Assembly (NCBI RefSeq): GCF_001194135.2
Contig: NC_068989.1
Location: forward strand, 35,396,263-35,436,585
Reading direction: 5' to 3'
DNA from: Octopus bimaculoides
Taxonomy: Eukaryota
Length of the DNA: 40,323 nucleotides
Positions 24,075 to 33,960 of this stretch are shown here, in pieces. The first letter of the stretch is position 1. Every line of letters starts with the position of its first letter. A program made the translations under genes and the position numbers. The notes beneath the pieces were generated by a model, which was not told the origin of the DNA, searched no databases, and was given only the letters and a program-made list of their open reading frames with translations.

Positions 24075-24428
24075 TATAGATGGATAGGTTGCTGAGCCAC
24101 CTAATGTGACTCATTCAGAAGGCTGTAATCTCATTTGGTGGTAGACCCGGATGAAGAATAAATTAACAAGGTTGTAACTTTAAATACATTTATTGTGGCC
24201 ACACGTATATACAGAACGGGATGATAAATGGAATGATTGGTGCTTAGAAGCCATGGTCTTCTGTGCTATGCTCCTATCTGCAAGCTGGCGTGTGGTATGA
24301 GAGAGACAGTCAGGTCGCGTCGTCACAGCTTGCGTCCCAGTGCAGAAAGAGAAAGAGATGAGTGTCTGGACCTTAATGTTGTGTTCAACTTGTTTGACTC
24401 ACTGTCAAGCGGGGCGACTGCGCCTACA
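24075..24428 (-). repeat. 5' LTR
   Basis: Begins TGTAGGCGCAG on the minus strand, abuts the PBS, and is homologous to 22094-22469. Confidence 0.88.
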
Positions 24429-24439
24429 TATGTACATAC

Positions 24440-24840
24440 TCTTTTTTATTCTTTTACTTGTTTCAGTCAATTGAATGTGGCCATGCTGGAGCACCGCCTT
24501 TAGTCAAGCAAATCGACCCCAGCACTTATTCTTTGTAAGACTAGTACCTTTTCTATCGGTAACCACTAAGTTACGAGGAAGTTAACACACCAGCATCGGT
24601 TGTCAAGCGATGTTGGGGGGACAAACACAGACACACAAACATATACACACACATACATATATGTATATATATATATATACATACATACAACGGACTTCTT
24701 TCAGTTTCCGTCTACCAAATCCACTCACAAGGCTTTGGTCGTCCCGAGGCTATAGTAGAAGACACTTGCCCAAGGTGTCACGTAGTGGGACTGAACCCGC
24801 AACCATGCGGTTCGTAAGCAAGCTACTTACCACACAGCCA
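24440..24840 (-). mobile_element. Full-length SINE family B with an intact internal microsatellite
   Basis: Head at ~24690-24838 (minus: TGGCTGTGTGGTAAGTAGCTTGCTT...GGTTCAGTCCCACTACGTGACACCTTGGGCAAG), a (TA)/(TG) core at ~24620-24690 and a tail at ~24440-24620. Confidence 0.88.
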
Positions 24841-24846
24841 TATATA

Positions 24847-24882
<36 letters not shown>

Positions 24883-24952
24883 TGCATCTGTGTGTGTGTG
24901 TGTGTGTCTGTGTATCTGTGTCTGTTTGTTCCCCATCACCGCTTGACAACTG

Positions 24953-25150
24953 GGCTTAGTACGGGTTTTGAAGGTGGACAGATACAATTTGGCTGACAAA
25001 GGGATAAGATACGAGTGGTTGGGCGCGTAAGGAGGTGACACGCGAACATAGAGCGTGAGGGACAGGCGTCATTATAGTTGCTGTAAGAAGATTAGAGGGA
25101 GGAAACCGCAAGTGTGTAGGCCAGAGGTGTGTTGGTGAGAGATTCGATGC
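24953..25150 (-). pseudogene. CR1/L2-group LINE, C-terminal fragment
   Basis: Minus-strand translation GIESLTNTPLAYTLAVSSL*SSYSNYNDACPS resembles the 'L.HRR.V.SL.LFYRYY.G.C.S' tail of CR1/L2-group RT ORFs; it is short and degenerate. Confidence 0.45.
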
Positions 25151-25314
25151 CAATTAATGGGTCTTTCATTTATTTTTATTTAATTTATTCAATTAATTGA
25201 TTATTTTAGATGTCGTCTAAGGATGTGGCGTAGCCCTGTCCCAAACGTAGAAGCAGTATTTCCTTTGTTAAGATTCGAATTTTACAATAGAAGCAGTTCC
25301 AGATTAATATATTT

Positions 25315-25492
25315 CTGCTATTAGCACAAGGCCTGGAATTTTAGGGGAGGGAACTAAACGATTACATCGTCCCCAGTGCTTAACTGGTACTTATTTTATC
25401 GATCCCGAAAGGATGAGAGGCAAAATCAGCCTCGGTGGAATTTGAACTCAGAATGTAAAATTGGACGAAGTACCTCTAAGCATTTTGCCTGG
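25315..25492 (-). mobile_element. SINE family A
   Basis: Plus-strand AACTGGTACTTATTTTATCGATCCCGAAAGGATGAGAGGCAAA...GGTGGAATTTGAACTCAGAATGTAAA...CTAAGCATTTTGCC is the reverse complement of the core and head. Confidence 0.85.
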
Positions 25493-26029
25493 TTCTAGAT
25501 AAATATCACTATCTATATGACATACTTAACGCATTTATATCGCAGAAAAGCCAGCATTATAGACGAATAATGTTAAAAAGGCAACATATATCAGAGCTAG
25601 ACGAAAAGAAATTGCGTCGGAAGCGACCGTGAGAGTGACAGCTGCTGTTTTTAAGACTTGTTAGTGTCCTGCACTCGAGTCACCTCTGATACGAAATCAT
25701 CCCGGCCAGTCTGAAGGATAGAGACTGTCTTTTCTACGATATACATACCTTAAGTATGTCATATAGATAAAGATTTCCAGTGTTAATTTCTTTTGAAATT
25801 CTTGTGCACCATCGCAAAGAACCATGGAATGGAATACGGCTTAGCTGTTTGGGGACCGCAAATAAGAATGTATAAGCAGTTATCATAAACAGGATGTTGG
25901 GTGGTAGAGGTGCCTGCATTGTTGTGTCATCTTACAACTACACCAAAAGACAGAGGAATGCGCATGTAGGAGGCTTCGTCAAAAATAATAGACACCAAGA
26001 AAAACAATAGCAAAATTTGTAGTTGCCAC

Positions 26030-26190
26030 TCGCAGTATAATCACCATCATAACCAAATTCACCTGCACCATTATTACACCTCAACCACCAGCCCACCACC
26101 ACCACCACCACCTCCATTGCCGCTGCCACCGTCACAATTACAACCATCACCATCAACGACAGCGACAGCAACAACAACGACAGCAGTCAA
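26030..26190. repeat. Degenerate (ACC)/(CAT)/(AAC) trinucleotide low-complexity tract
   Basis: Read directly. Confidence 0.8.
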
Positions 26191-27051
26191 CATCGTTGCT
26201 ACTGGACAGTTGTAGATGGGAGTAACACTTTCGTCCTCTATGTCAGCACTCTCTCAGACCTAGGTCATTTCAAATAGTTCGGTAGCTCCTCCCCCTTCTC
26301 CTCCTCCTCCTCCTCCTCCTCCTGTTACTTTAATTTTGTTCCTTTCTATCGTTCCTGATGGCGCTTTCTCCTCTCTATTTACCCCTTAACCATTGCTGTA
26401 AACGTATCTTTACTTTTGGTTTCCTGATACCTCTCCCTTTATTATCATCTTTTCTTCCTTCCATTACCCCCCTCTCTCTCTCTCTTTCTCTCTCTATACT
26501 TTTTAAATATATGTCTGTTTCTTATTTTTTTATTACAGATTTGCATACTCTCCTCTCTGTTTCCCTCTTGCTCTCCCGCATTCCACCTTACTGCATTTCT
26601 ATTTTATTCTGCCTTTATTCTGCTTTCTCTTATTCATTGTCCTTACTGTCTCCTCGTCCACCTCCCTTTGAATTCAATTACCGAATGAGATTATTTAGAC
26701 TGGAAGACATTCCTCGCCGAATCAATCTATCTATCAAACTATCAGTGCTGAAGACGAAACCTAACTTTTACTGAAAGAACGCGGTCGGAATTCTCATTCT
26801 TTGAACGTGCCACGAATTAGTGGGAGTGTATGTATGAGCATACGTGCACTTATATATGTGTGTGTATATACATGCATATGTGTGTGAGAAGCTACTGACT
26901 GGGCAATTTACTAATTTCACATATACTTGGAATGTGTCATGGTGGAAGCGTGTACAAAATCAGAGGCCTGTTGAATCCACATTCGCAGTGATTTGTGTTC
27001 TGGTGTTACTTAGCAAGTTAGCAGTCGTAAGAAACAGTTCTGATCTTTCAG

Positions 27052-28307
27052 CATGGCAGATCACGATAATAATCGTTCAGAGAGTGGCAGCCAACGCTCT
27101 ACAAGTGGAAACCCAACGGAACCCCGGAGCCCAGATGAAACTCCTTTCCAGCATACTGGTTATGCATCAACCAACGAAACCAGTCAATTTGAAAGTGATT
27201 TAGCGTTGACTGATTTTGACAGTGAAGTAGGCGGTGAAGACGACAAGAATTACGACATCGATGGTGTAGATGTAGACCAGACGACTTACAGAGAAACTCG
27301 TTCTTTTATGGAAGAAATTGAAGAAATTCCCGTTGATGGTAGAATTAGCGGTCAATATTCCAGCCAAGCTTGCATGGAGTCTCCAGAAGAGATAACCTTC
27401 CGTGGTAGTGAATGGAATAAAGCAACCTCTAAAATAATGTCGGAAAAATCTCCGTCCCCCACCTCTGGAGATACTTCAGATACAACATTTTTAGGAAGTC
27501 ATGAAAAGAGAGGTTATCAAATGTCTGATTTAAGTGAAGGGTCAAGCTACAGTGAAATTGTTAGTGGTTCGGGTGGATTTGGAAATGTTGGTGGATTTGA
27601 AAGAAGGGAACTGAAGACTGTCGAAAATAAAGATGAGGTTACTTATGAGAAAAGTGGCTTGCTGAGTTCTACTGGAATGTCAGACACTGCCTCTAGTAAT
27701 ATTGCCGAAGATATTGAAGCAACTGCAGAGACAACAACTGCAGAGACAACAACTGCGGTGAGTGAATCAATGGGAGATGATAGTGTTCTTGGGGATGTGG
27801 AAAGTAACGAAAAGCTGTCTATTGGTAGTCCCGTTTACATTGTTGATGTGGAACATATAAATGTGGAGAGAGAAGAAGAGGATGAAGAAGAAGAGGATGA
27901 AGAAGATGAAGATGAAGAGGATGGCGATGCGGAAGAAGAGGAAGAAGAAGAGGAAGAAGAGGAAATCGAGGAAAGAGATGAAAGAAGAATTAGCGAAGAA
28001 AAAGAAGTCAGAGGCTTTGCCGCCTACACTCAAGTTACTGTGGAAACTAGTTATGATACAAAAGGGCCACATAAGACGGAAACTCTGTTAGATAGCACAG
28101 TTTGTGAAACAGAGATAGTCAGTGAACCAAACAAGTTTTATGAGACCCTTTCAAGTGGTATCACTGAATACACGGTGAGAATACTGCCCGGAGGTATCGT
28201 TGAAAAGTCTGTGGAAAGCAGAGATCAAATCGGTGAAGAGAGAATGGAAGATATCCCCGAGGAGCAATATGAAAAATTGAGTCCTGAGAGAAAGAGGCAG
28301 AAACAAA
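27052..28307 (+). CDS. Large coding exon of a host gene: acidic, Ser/Thr/Glu-rich, probably intrinsically disordered segment (~418 aa) with a poly-E/D tract; gene not recognised
   Basis: A 1.25-kb stop-free frame in AT-rich DNA with no TE motifs. Acceptor TCTGATCTTTCAG|C-ATG at 27051/27052 has an in-frame TGA just upstream (27041). Canonical donor CAAA|GTAAGT at 28307/28308 lies shortly before the genomic stop. The poly-E/D tract is at ~27865-27970. Confidence 0.85.
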
Positions 28308-28924
28308 GTAAGTGCTCTTATTATCGCCCTTGATTGTGGTTGGTAACATTATATAAATGTTTAACATATCACTTTTCTTTTTATATCTGCTTCATGTGCC
28401 ACCGTAGAACAACCTTTTTACTTTAACTCTAACCATAACGGTAAACTTTAAAGTCACAGTTGTCACACGTTAATATTAGAACGGGGTTTGTGTTATGATA
28501 GCAGAAGGAAGAGGGGTGAAAAATAGACTTTTAACTCTTAGTTTTCCAGTTCATACGAGTTCGATATAAATACCGGTACTAATTAGTTAAAGGACAAGTA
28601 TCGGCCTGGAGTAAAAAAAGGGAACTGATGGTACTCAGGTTTTCTTTATTTTATCGTGGAATTCAATCTGTTCAATAACCGAAGAACTGATCACTTGATT
28701 TCATTTTTTAAAGTCCATTTTAAAGTCCATTTTAAAGTTCCATAGACATATTCTGTTAACTTCCATAAAGCATTTTCTAACGACGTTTTTGAACTATGAT
28801 CTGTTTTATATAGAAATACTAATTTAAGAATATAACTTGGTTTCATTTTGCATGTTCATATACTTTTCTAAATTCACCTACTTTTGTAAGTTACGGTAAA
28901 GTAACGACTAATACGTCAATATAT

Positions 28925-29665
28925 TCGGTGAGCTGGCAGAATCGTTAACACACTGGGGAAAATGCTTACCGGCATTTCGTCCATCTTTACATTCTGAGTT
29001 CAAATTCCACCGAGGTTGACTTACCCTTTCATTCTTTCGTGGTCGATAAAATAATTACCAGTTGAATACTGAGGTCAATGTAATCGACTTACTCCCTCCC
29101 CACGAAATTGCTGGCTTGGTGCCAAACCTTGAAATCAGGATCTGCTTAGAGTAACCACCATTTTTTTTTTTTTTTTTTTTTCCTAATATTATCCACTAAA
29201 AATAAAGCGGCGAGCTGGCAGAATCGTTAGCACGCCGGGCGAAATGTCTAGCGGTATTTCCTCTGTTTTTACATTCTGAGTTCATATCCCTCCGAGATCA
29301 ACTTTCCATTTCATCCTGTCGGGATCTATAAATAAGTACCAGTTGAGCAAAGGTCGATGAATCGACTTACCCTTTTCCCCTGAACTTGCTCGCCTTCTGC
29401 CAAAATACGAAACCAATATTATCCACTAGATAGGCGGCGAGCTGACAGAATCGTTACCGCGTCGGGCAAAATGTTCTCGTCCGTCTTTACATTCTAAGTT
29501 CAAATGCTGCCAAGGTCGGTGAGCTGCCGAGACGGATTAAATGCTTCTGGCTCGTTACGTTCTTAGTTCAAATTCCACCGAGATCAATAAAAAAAGTACC
29601 AGTCAAGTACTAGGGTCGATGTAATCGACTACCCATTGCCCAAAATTTCAGGTTTTGCGCCTATA
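28925..29665 (+). mobile_element. Head-to-tail cluster of 3-4 SINE family A copies
   Basis: Heads at ~28927, ~29207 and ~29433, plus a partial copy at ~29515, each with (G)GCGAGCTG(G/A)CAGAATCGTTA or GTTCAAATT and the conserved core or tail. Confidence 0.88.
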
Positions 29666-29988
29666 TTAGAAAGGATATTTCAATAGAAATATGAATTAGT
29701 TACGCTCATGAGGATTTGCTTTGAACAAAAACTGTAATTAAACAGAATGACATGTTTGATCAAATGATAGAGGAAGCGATCGATTTCCTTTGAACAGCAG
29801 CAGTGAATGTCTTCATCACTTTATAACTCGGTCGTTCGATATGCTAGAAATTGGTGCAGATGCTCTTTTCTTTTTCAAACAACAGCAACAACTAAACGCT
29901 CTAATACGATCACACTATTAAGCAAGAACGGCTATAACAATGATACCATAAAGTAAATAACACGAACAACAATTGCTATTCTTAACAT

Positions 29989-30209
29989 GGAATTCCCAGA
30001 CATTGTTCCTATTTTTAACATTCAGGATTCCCAGACGTTGTTCCTATTTTTAACATTCAGGATTCCCAGACGCTGTTCCTATTTTTAACATTCAGGATTC
30101 CCAGACATTGTTCCTATTTTTAACATTCAGGATTCCCAGACATTGTTCCTATTTTTAACATTCGGGATTCCCAGGTTTTTGCCTGGGAATCCTGAATGTT
30201 AAAAATAGG
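29989..30209. repeat. 35-bp minisatellite (~5.3 direct units) ending in an inverted unit
   Basis: Unit GGATTCCCAGACRTTGTTCCTATTTTTAACATTCA; TTCCCAG occurs at 29993, 30028, 30063, 30098, 30133 and 30168. Segment 30182-30209 is the reverse complement of 30148-30175. Confidence 0.95.
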
Positions 30210-30789
30210 CAATCTGAAAAGTCTTTCGAAAAATGTTACATGTAGGTGTGCATATTCCAAAATCCTTCCAAAATCAACAAGTACAACAGAAAAATAATTG
30301 AATGACTAACATGAACATTTATGTATGTAGTTTATTTTAATATAGTGGAAGTGATAAAGAAATGAATAGATTTACAGATGTTGTCAAAAAGTAAACATCA
30401 AAGTGAATCGCTTTCATCGTTCGATTGGATCGAAAACGGATCAATGATCCGTTGAAGCATTCGAAATACACAATAAAAAATTATATTTTATAAAGATATA
30501 TTGAAATTGGACTTAATATTTTTATGGTATTTATTTTAGATTGAACAGAATATATTTCCTGCACTTAAACAATTTCTCCAGGTTTTTTTTTTAACAATGT
30601 TTTGGCCAGAGAGATGAGATATCTATCAGAATACATTTTCATTCTATTGATAATTCTATCTGGTCAGTTTGTTTTGATCTTTTCGTTCGTTAGCAGGAAT
30701 GTTCTAGATTATGCACCCAGGTCATCATTGTCACATATCATGTTTATTATATGCTTATCTCTTCTCTATTTTCACGTGGAAGTGCCAGC

Positions 30790-31005
30790 ATATTACTCAG
30801 TAGGCATAGCTGGCCCCCTGGTCATGTCAGTGAATAGATTAGGACTTAGCAAGGAACGAACATTTCTTCCAAGTCTTTACATTCTGAATTCAAATCTCGC
30901 TAAGAACATTTTACTCCTTTGGGATCAACAAAATAAAGTACCAGTGAAATACCGCGGTCTATATTATTCCCCTTCTCCCAAATTCCAGGCCCCTTGCCTG
31001 TTAGA
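30790..31005 (+). mobile_element. SINE family A, diverged
   Basis: TCTTTACATTCTGAATTCAAATC...CCTTTGGGATCAACAAAATAAAGTACCAGT...CCCCTTCTCCCAAATTCCAGGCCCTTGCC. Confidence 0.65.
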
Positions 31006-32494
31006 AACATCACCATTATTATTGCGATTAAGCCTACCTACCAGCAATATCTACGCGCGCGCACACACACACACTCAAACACCCATTACTGTTCGAATAA
31101 ATCAAAATACACTGGTATTTAATCTAGTTTGTTGGTATTTTGCAAAGACGAGCAATAGTTTGGAATAGATCGCTTTAAGTTATAACGATAAAATTCGTTA
31201 TGAAAAACTAGCTGCAATAATATAAGGTCCTGAAAGAACAAATATAGAAAATAAAAATGGTATTATTCTTCCTTCGAGACTAACATTTCAACCAGAACGC
31301 TGGTGTCGGCAGGGCATGTCTCTGGCTTAGTACACTATAGGAAAAGTTCTGTATGTGAAAGTGAGGGGGCTGAGTGTGGCAGAGCTTATCACTAGTTGTG
31401 TTTTGGCTTCGATGCCAGGGCCTTGATTCTTGTTATACAGATGTTCATCGCTGGCTGAGAATTTCTTGTCTGTTTAAGAACTCTTGTCTGTTTATTTACC
31501 GTGGTGAAGCTGAGTCACCTAACAGAATCGAAGAGTGAGATGTGCCGCGGAGGTTTGGTTTGGTGTACATAGTAATTCGTGTTGACGCTGGTAGTGTAGA
31601 GGCTGTTTGGTATTAATCGTGTTGGTCATGATGATGATGCTGGATAGTNNNNNNNNNNNNNNNNNNNNNNNNNNNNNNNNNNNNNNNNNNNNNNNNNNNN
31701 NNNNNNNNNNNNNNNNNNNNNNNNNNNNNNNNNNNNNNNNNNNNNNNNNNNNNNNNNNNNNNNNNNNNNNNNNNNNNNNNNNNNNNNNNNNNNNNNNNNN
31801 NNNNNNNNNNNNNNNNNNNNNNNNNNNNNNNNNNNNNNNNNNNNNNNNNNNNNNNNNNNNNNNNNNNNNNNNNNNNNNNNNNNNNNNNNNNNNNNNNNNN
31901 NNNNNNNNNNNNNNNNNNNNNNNNNNNNNNNNNNNNNNNNNNNNNNNNNNNNNNNNNNNNNNNNNNNNNNNNNNNNNNNNNNNNNNNNNNNNNNNNNNNN
32001 NNNNNNNNNNNNNNNNNNNNNNNNNNNNNNNNNNNNNNNNNNNNNNNNNNNNNNNNNNNNNNNNNNNNNNNNNNNNNNNNNNNNNNNNNNNNNNNNNNNN
32101 NNNNNNNNNNNNNNNNNNNNNNNNNNNNNNNNNNNNNNNNNNNNNNNNNNNNNNNNNNNNNNNNNNNNNNNNNNNNNNNNNNNNNNNNNNNNNNNNNNNN
32201 NNNNNNNNNNNNNNNNNNNNNNNNNNNNNNNNNNNNNNNNNNNNNNNNNNNNNNNNNNNNNNNNNNNNNNNNNNNNNNNNNNNNNNNNNNNNNNNNNNNN
32301 NNNNNNNNNNNNNNNNNNNNNNNNNNNNNNNNNNNNNNNNNNNNNNNNNNNNNNNNNNNNNNNNNNNNNNNNNNNNNNNNNNNNNNNNNNNNNNNNNNNN
32401 NNNNNNNNNNNNNNNNNNNNNNNNNNNNNNAACGCAATAACCAAACTTTCATTCATAAATCCATTTATTATTTCGTTCTTTTGCATTTCAATTT

Positions 32495-32720
32495 GTACAT
32501 TTGTACCCAGAAATTTTCAACAACTGCACGCCAGAAGAAATGGAAAAACGAGTAATTTTATCTCTTAAAACTTCTGACTGTCTTGCAATAAACGAAAAAG
32601 TTCTTAATATAATACTAGATGCACTTAAAACGTACTTAAGCACGGATTCAGTGTCCTGCAATAATCAAGAGGAGGTTCAGAACTATCCATTTGAATTCAT
32701 AAACTCACTCACTCCCCCAA
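32495..32720 (+). pseudogene. Helitron Pif1-like helicase fragment
   Basis: LYPEIFNN...KRVILSLKTSDCLAINEKVLNII...KTYLSTDSV...NYPFEFINSLTP matches the Pif1/RepHel segment (IL.P.N.....IN..VL...Y.S.D.....YP.EFLNSL.P) just before the PPH-L motif. Confidence 0.85.
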
Positions 32721-32970
32721 CATTGCTGGCCTTGTGTCCAAATTTGAAACCATTATTATTAAGGTGGGGAGCTGGCAGAACCGTTACTGTGTCGGACAAA
32801 ACGCTTAGCGTCATTTCCTCTTGGTCTTTATGCTCTGATTTCAAGTCCGCCAAGGTTTTTATCCTTTCTCGGTCGATGAAGTATGTACCTGTTAAATACT
32901 GGGGTCAGCGTAGTTGATTATCCCCTCCCCTCCAGATTGCTAGCCTTGTACCAAAATTAGAAAGAACTAA
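32715..32970 (+). mobile_element. SINE family A: a tail fragment followed by a full copy
   Basis: ATTGCTGGCCTTGTGTCCAAATTTGAAACCATTATTATT, then GGTGGGGAGCTGGCAGAACCGTTA...GATTGCTAGCCTTGTACCAAAATTAGAAAG. Confidence 0.8.
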
Positions 32971-33074
32971 TTTTCTTAGCATCATCATCGTCGTTATCGT
33001 CGTCATCAATACACACATATACACATATATACACACATCATTCATGCTCCCACCTATATATATATATATTTTAT

Positions 33075-33300
33075 CTATAAAAGGCAGATTTTCTCTGTGT
33101 GTGTGTGTGTATGTTTAAAATTCATACATTTACACAATTCTAAATTTCTTGGATTAAAGAATCGGAATTAATATTCTAAATACAATTTGTTAGGTCACTG
33201 CGTCATTTTTTTACTCAAAATAATTCCTAATAACGGATAAAATTCATAAAACTACACAAGTAAACATTTTCCCCCCTAATAAAATCTAATTTCCTCTTTC
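33075..33300 (+). mobile_element. Possible 5' end of a non-autonomous Helitron
   Basis: TCTATAAAAGGCAGATTTTCTCTGTGTGTG... is a TC-start terminus followed by a microsatellite, a layout common in invertebrate non-autonomous Helitrons. No 3' hairpin-CTRR was identified. Confidence 0.35.
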
Positions 33301-33549
33301 TACCACCTTTACAAATCCTTTCAACTCCTACTTTCTGTTATGAACCTTTACGAACAATCCAACAACAAATACAAAAAGAAAGGAAGGACAAACACTGACA
33401 GTAACAGAAAACTATTTCAGTATCAAAACTGAAACAATCACATTTTGATAGTTTCACTTTAATGCTTTCATTTTTCATACTACATACATATGTACATACA
33501 TACCTCATTCTAATTGGCGGGAATAGTAAGTTATTTCTAACTCGTCCTT

Positions 33550-33960
33550 CACCATGATAACAACAAAAACAAAAATAGTCACACATCTTTTTCAAATACG
33601 ATCGACAAACATTTATTATTTAACAAAAATGATAACCACATTTCTCACTCAAACAACTATAACAACAATAACACAAGCATACGAAACCGAAACAACTATT
33701 ATAACAACAATAACGATGATAATAGCAACAGCAACAATGACAAGATCTCACACACAGACAACGATACCAACCACATCATCCTCGCCACTACCAACAACAC
33801 CACCCACATCAACACCACCCACAATAATAACAACAACAATGGGCACAACACAACCACCACCACCACCACCACCACCACCACCACCAATAGCAACAACCAT
33901 GTCAGCAACTATAACAACAACCACAACGATAATAACACTGTACACTCGGTCTTCTATAAC
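33550..33960. repeat. Degenerate (AAC)/(ACC) low-complexity tract upstream of the Penelope-like ORF
   Basis: Read directly; includes (CCA)n at ~33850-33885. Confidence 0.85.

Larger units (their letters stand above)
22094..24428 (-). mobile_element. Internally deleted Ty3/Gypsy LTR retrotransposon (CsRn1/Kabuki-like)
   Basis: Two related LTRs, a tRNA-Trp PBS, a purine-rich tract before the 3' LTR and integrase remnants. Only ~100 bp separate the PBS from the integrase, so gag, protease, RT and RNase H are missing. Confidence 0.88.

Noticed and set aside
26358-26774. 138-aa Leu/Ser-rich ORF upstream of the exon
   Set aside because: It is the translation of a CT-rich polypyrimidine low-complexity tract.
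27767-28091. Overlapping ORFs 27767-28072 (-) and 27861-28091 (+)
   Set aside because: They are shadow frames of the GAA/GAG-rich poly-Glu tract of the real exon.
29989-30175. CRISPR-like look of the 35-bp repeat array
   Set aside because: The units are contiguous with no unique spacers, there are no cas genes, and the context is eukaryotic.
30435-30453. Small hairpin AACGGATC-AAT-GATCCGTT
   Set aside because: An 8-bp stem is within chance expectation for 40 kb and has no associated element ends.
30602-31168. 188-aa hydrophobic ORF
   Set aside because: It starts at TTG, overlaps a diverged SINE and a (CA)n run, and has no domain or convincing splice signals.
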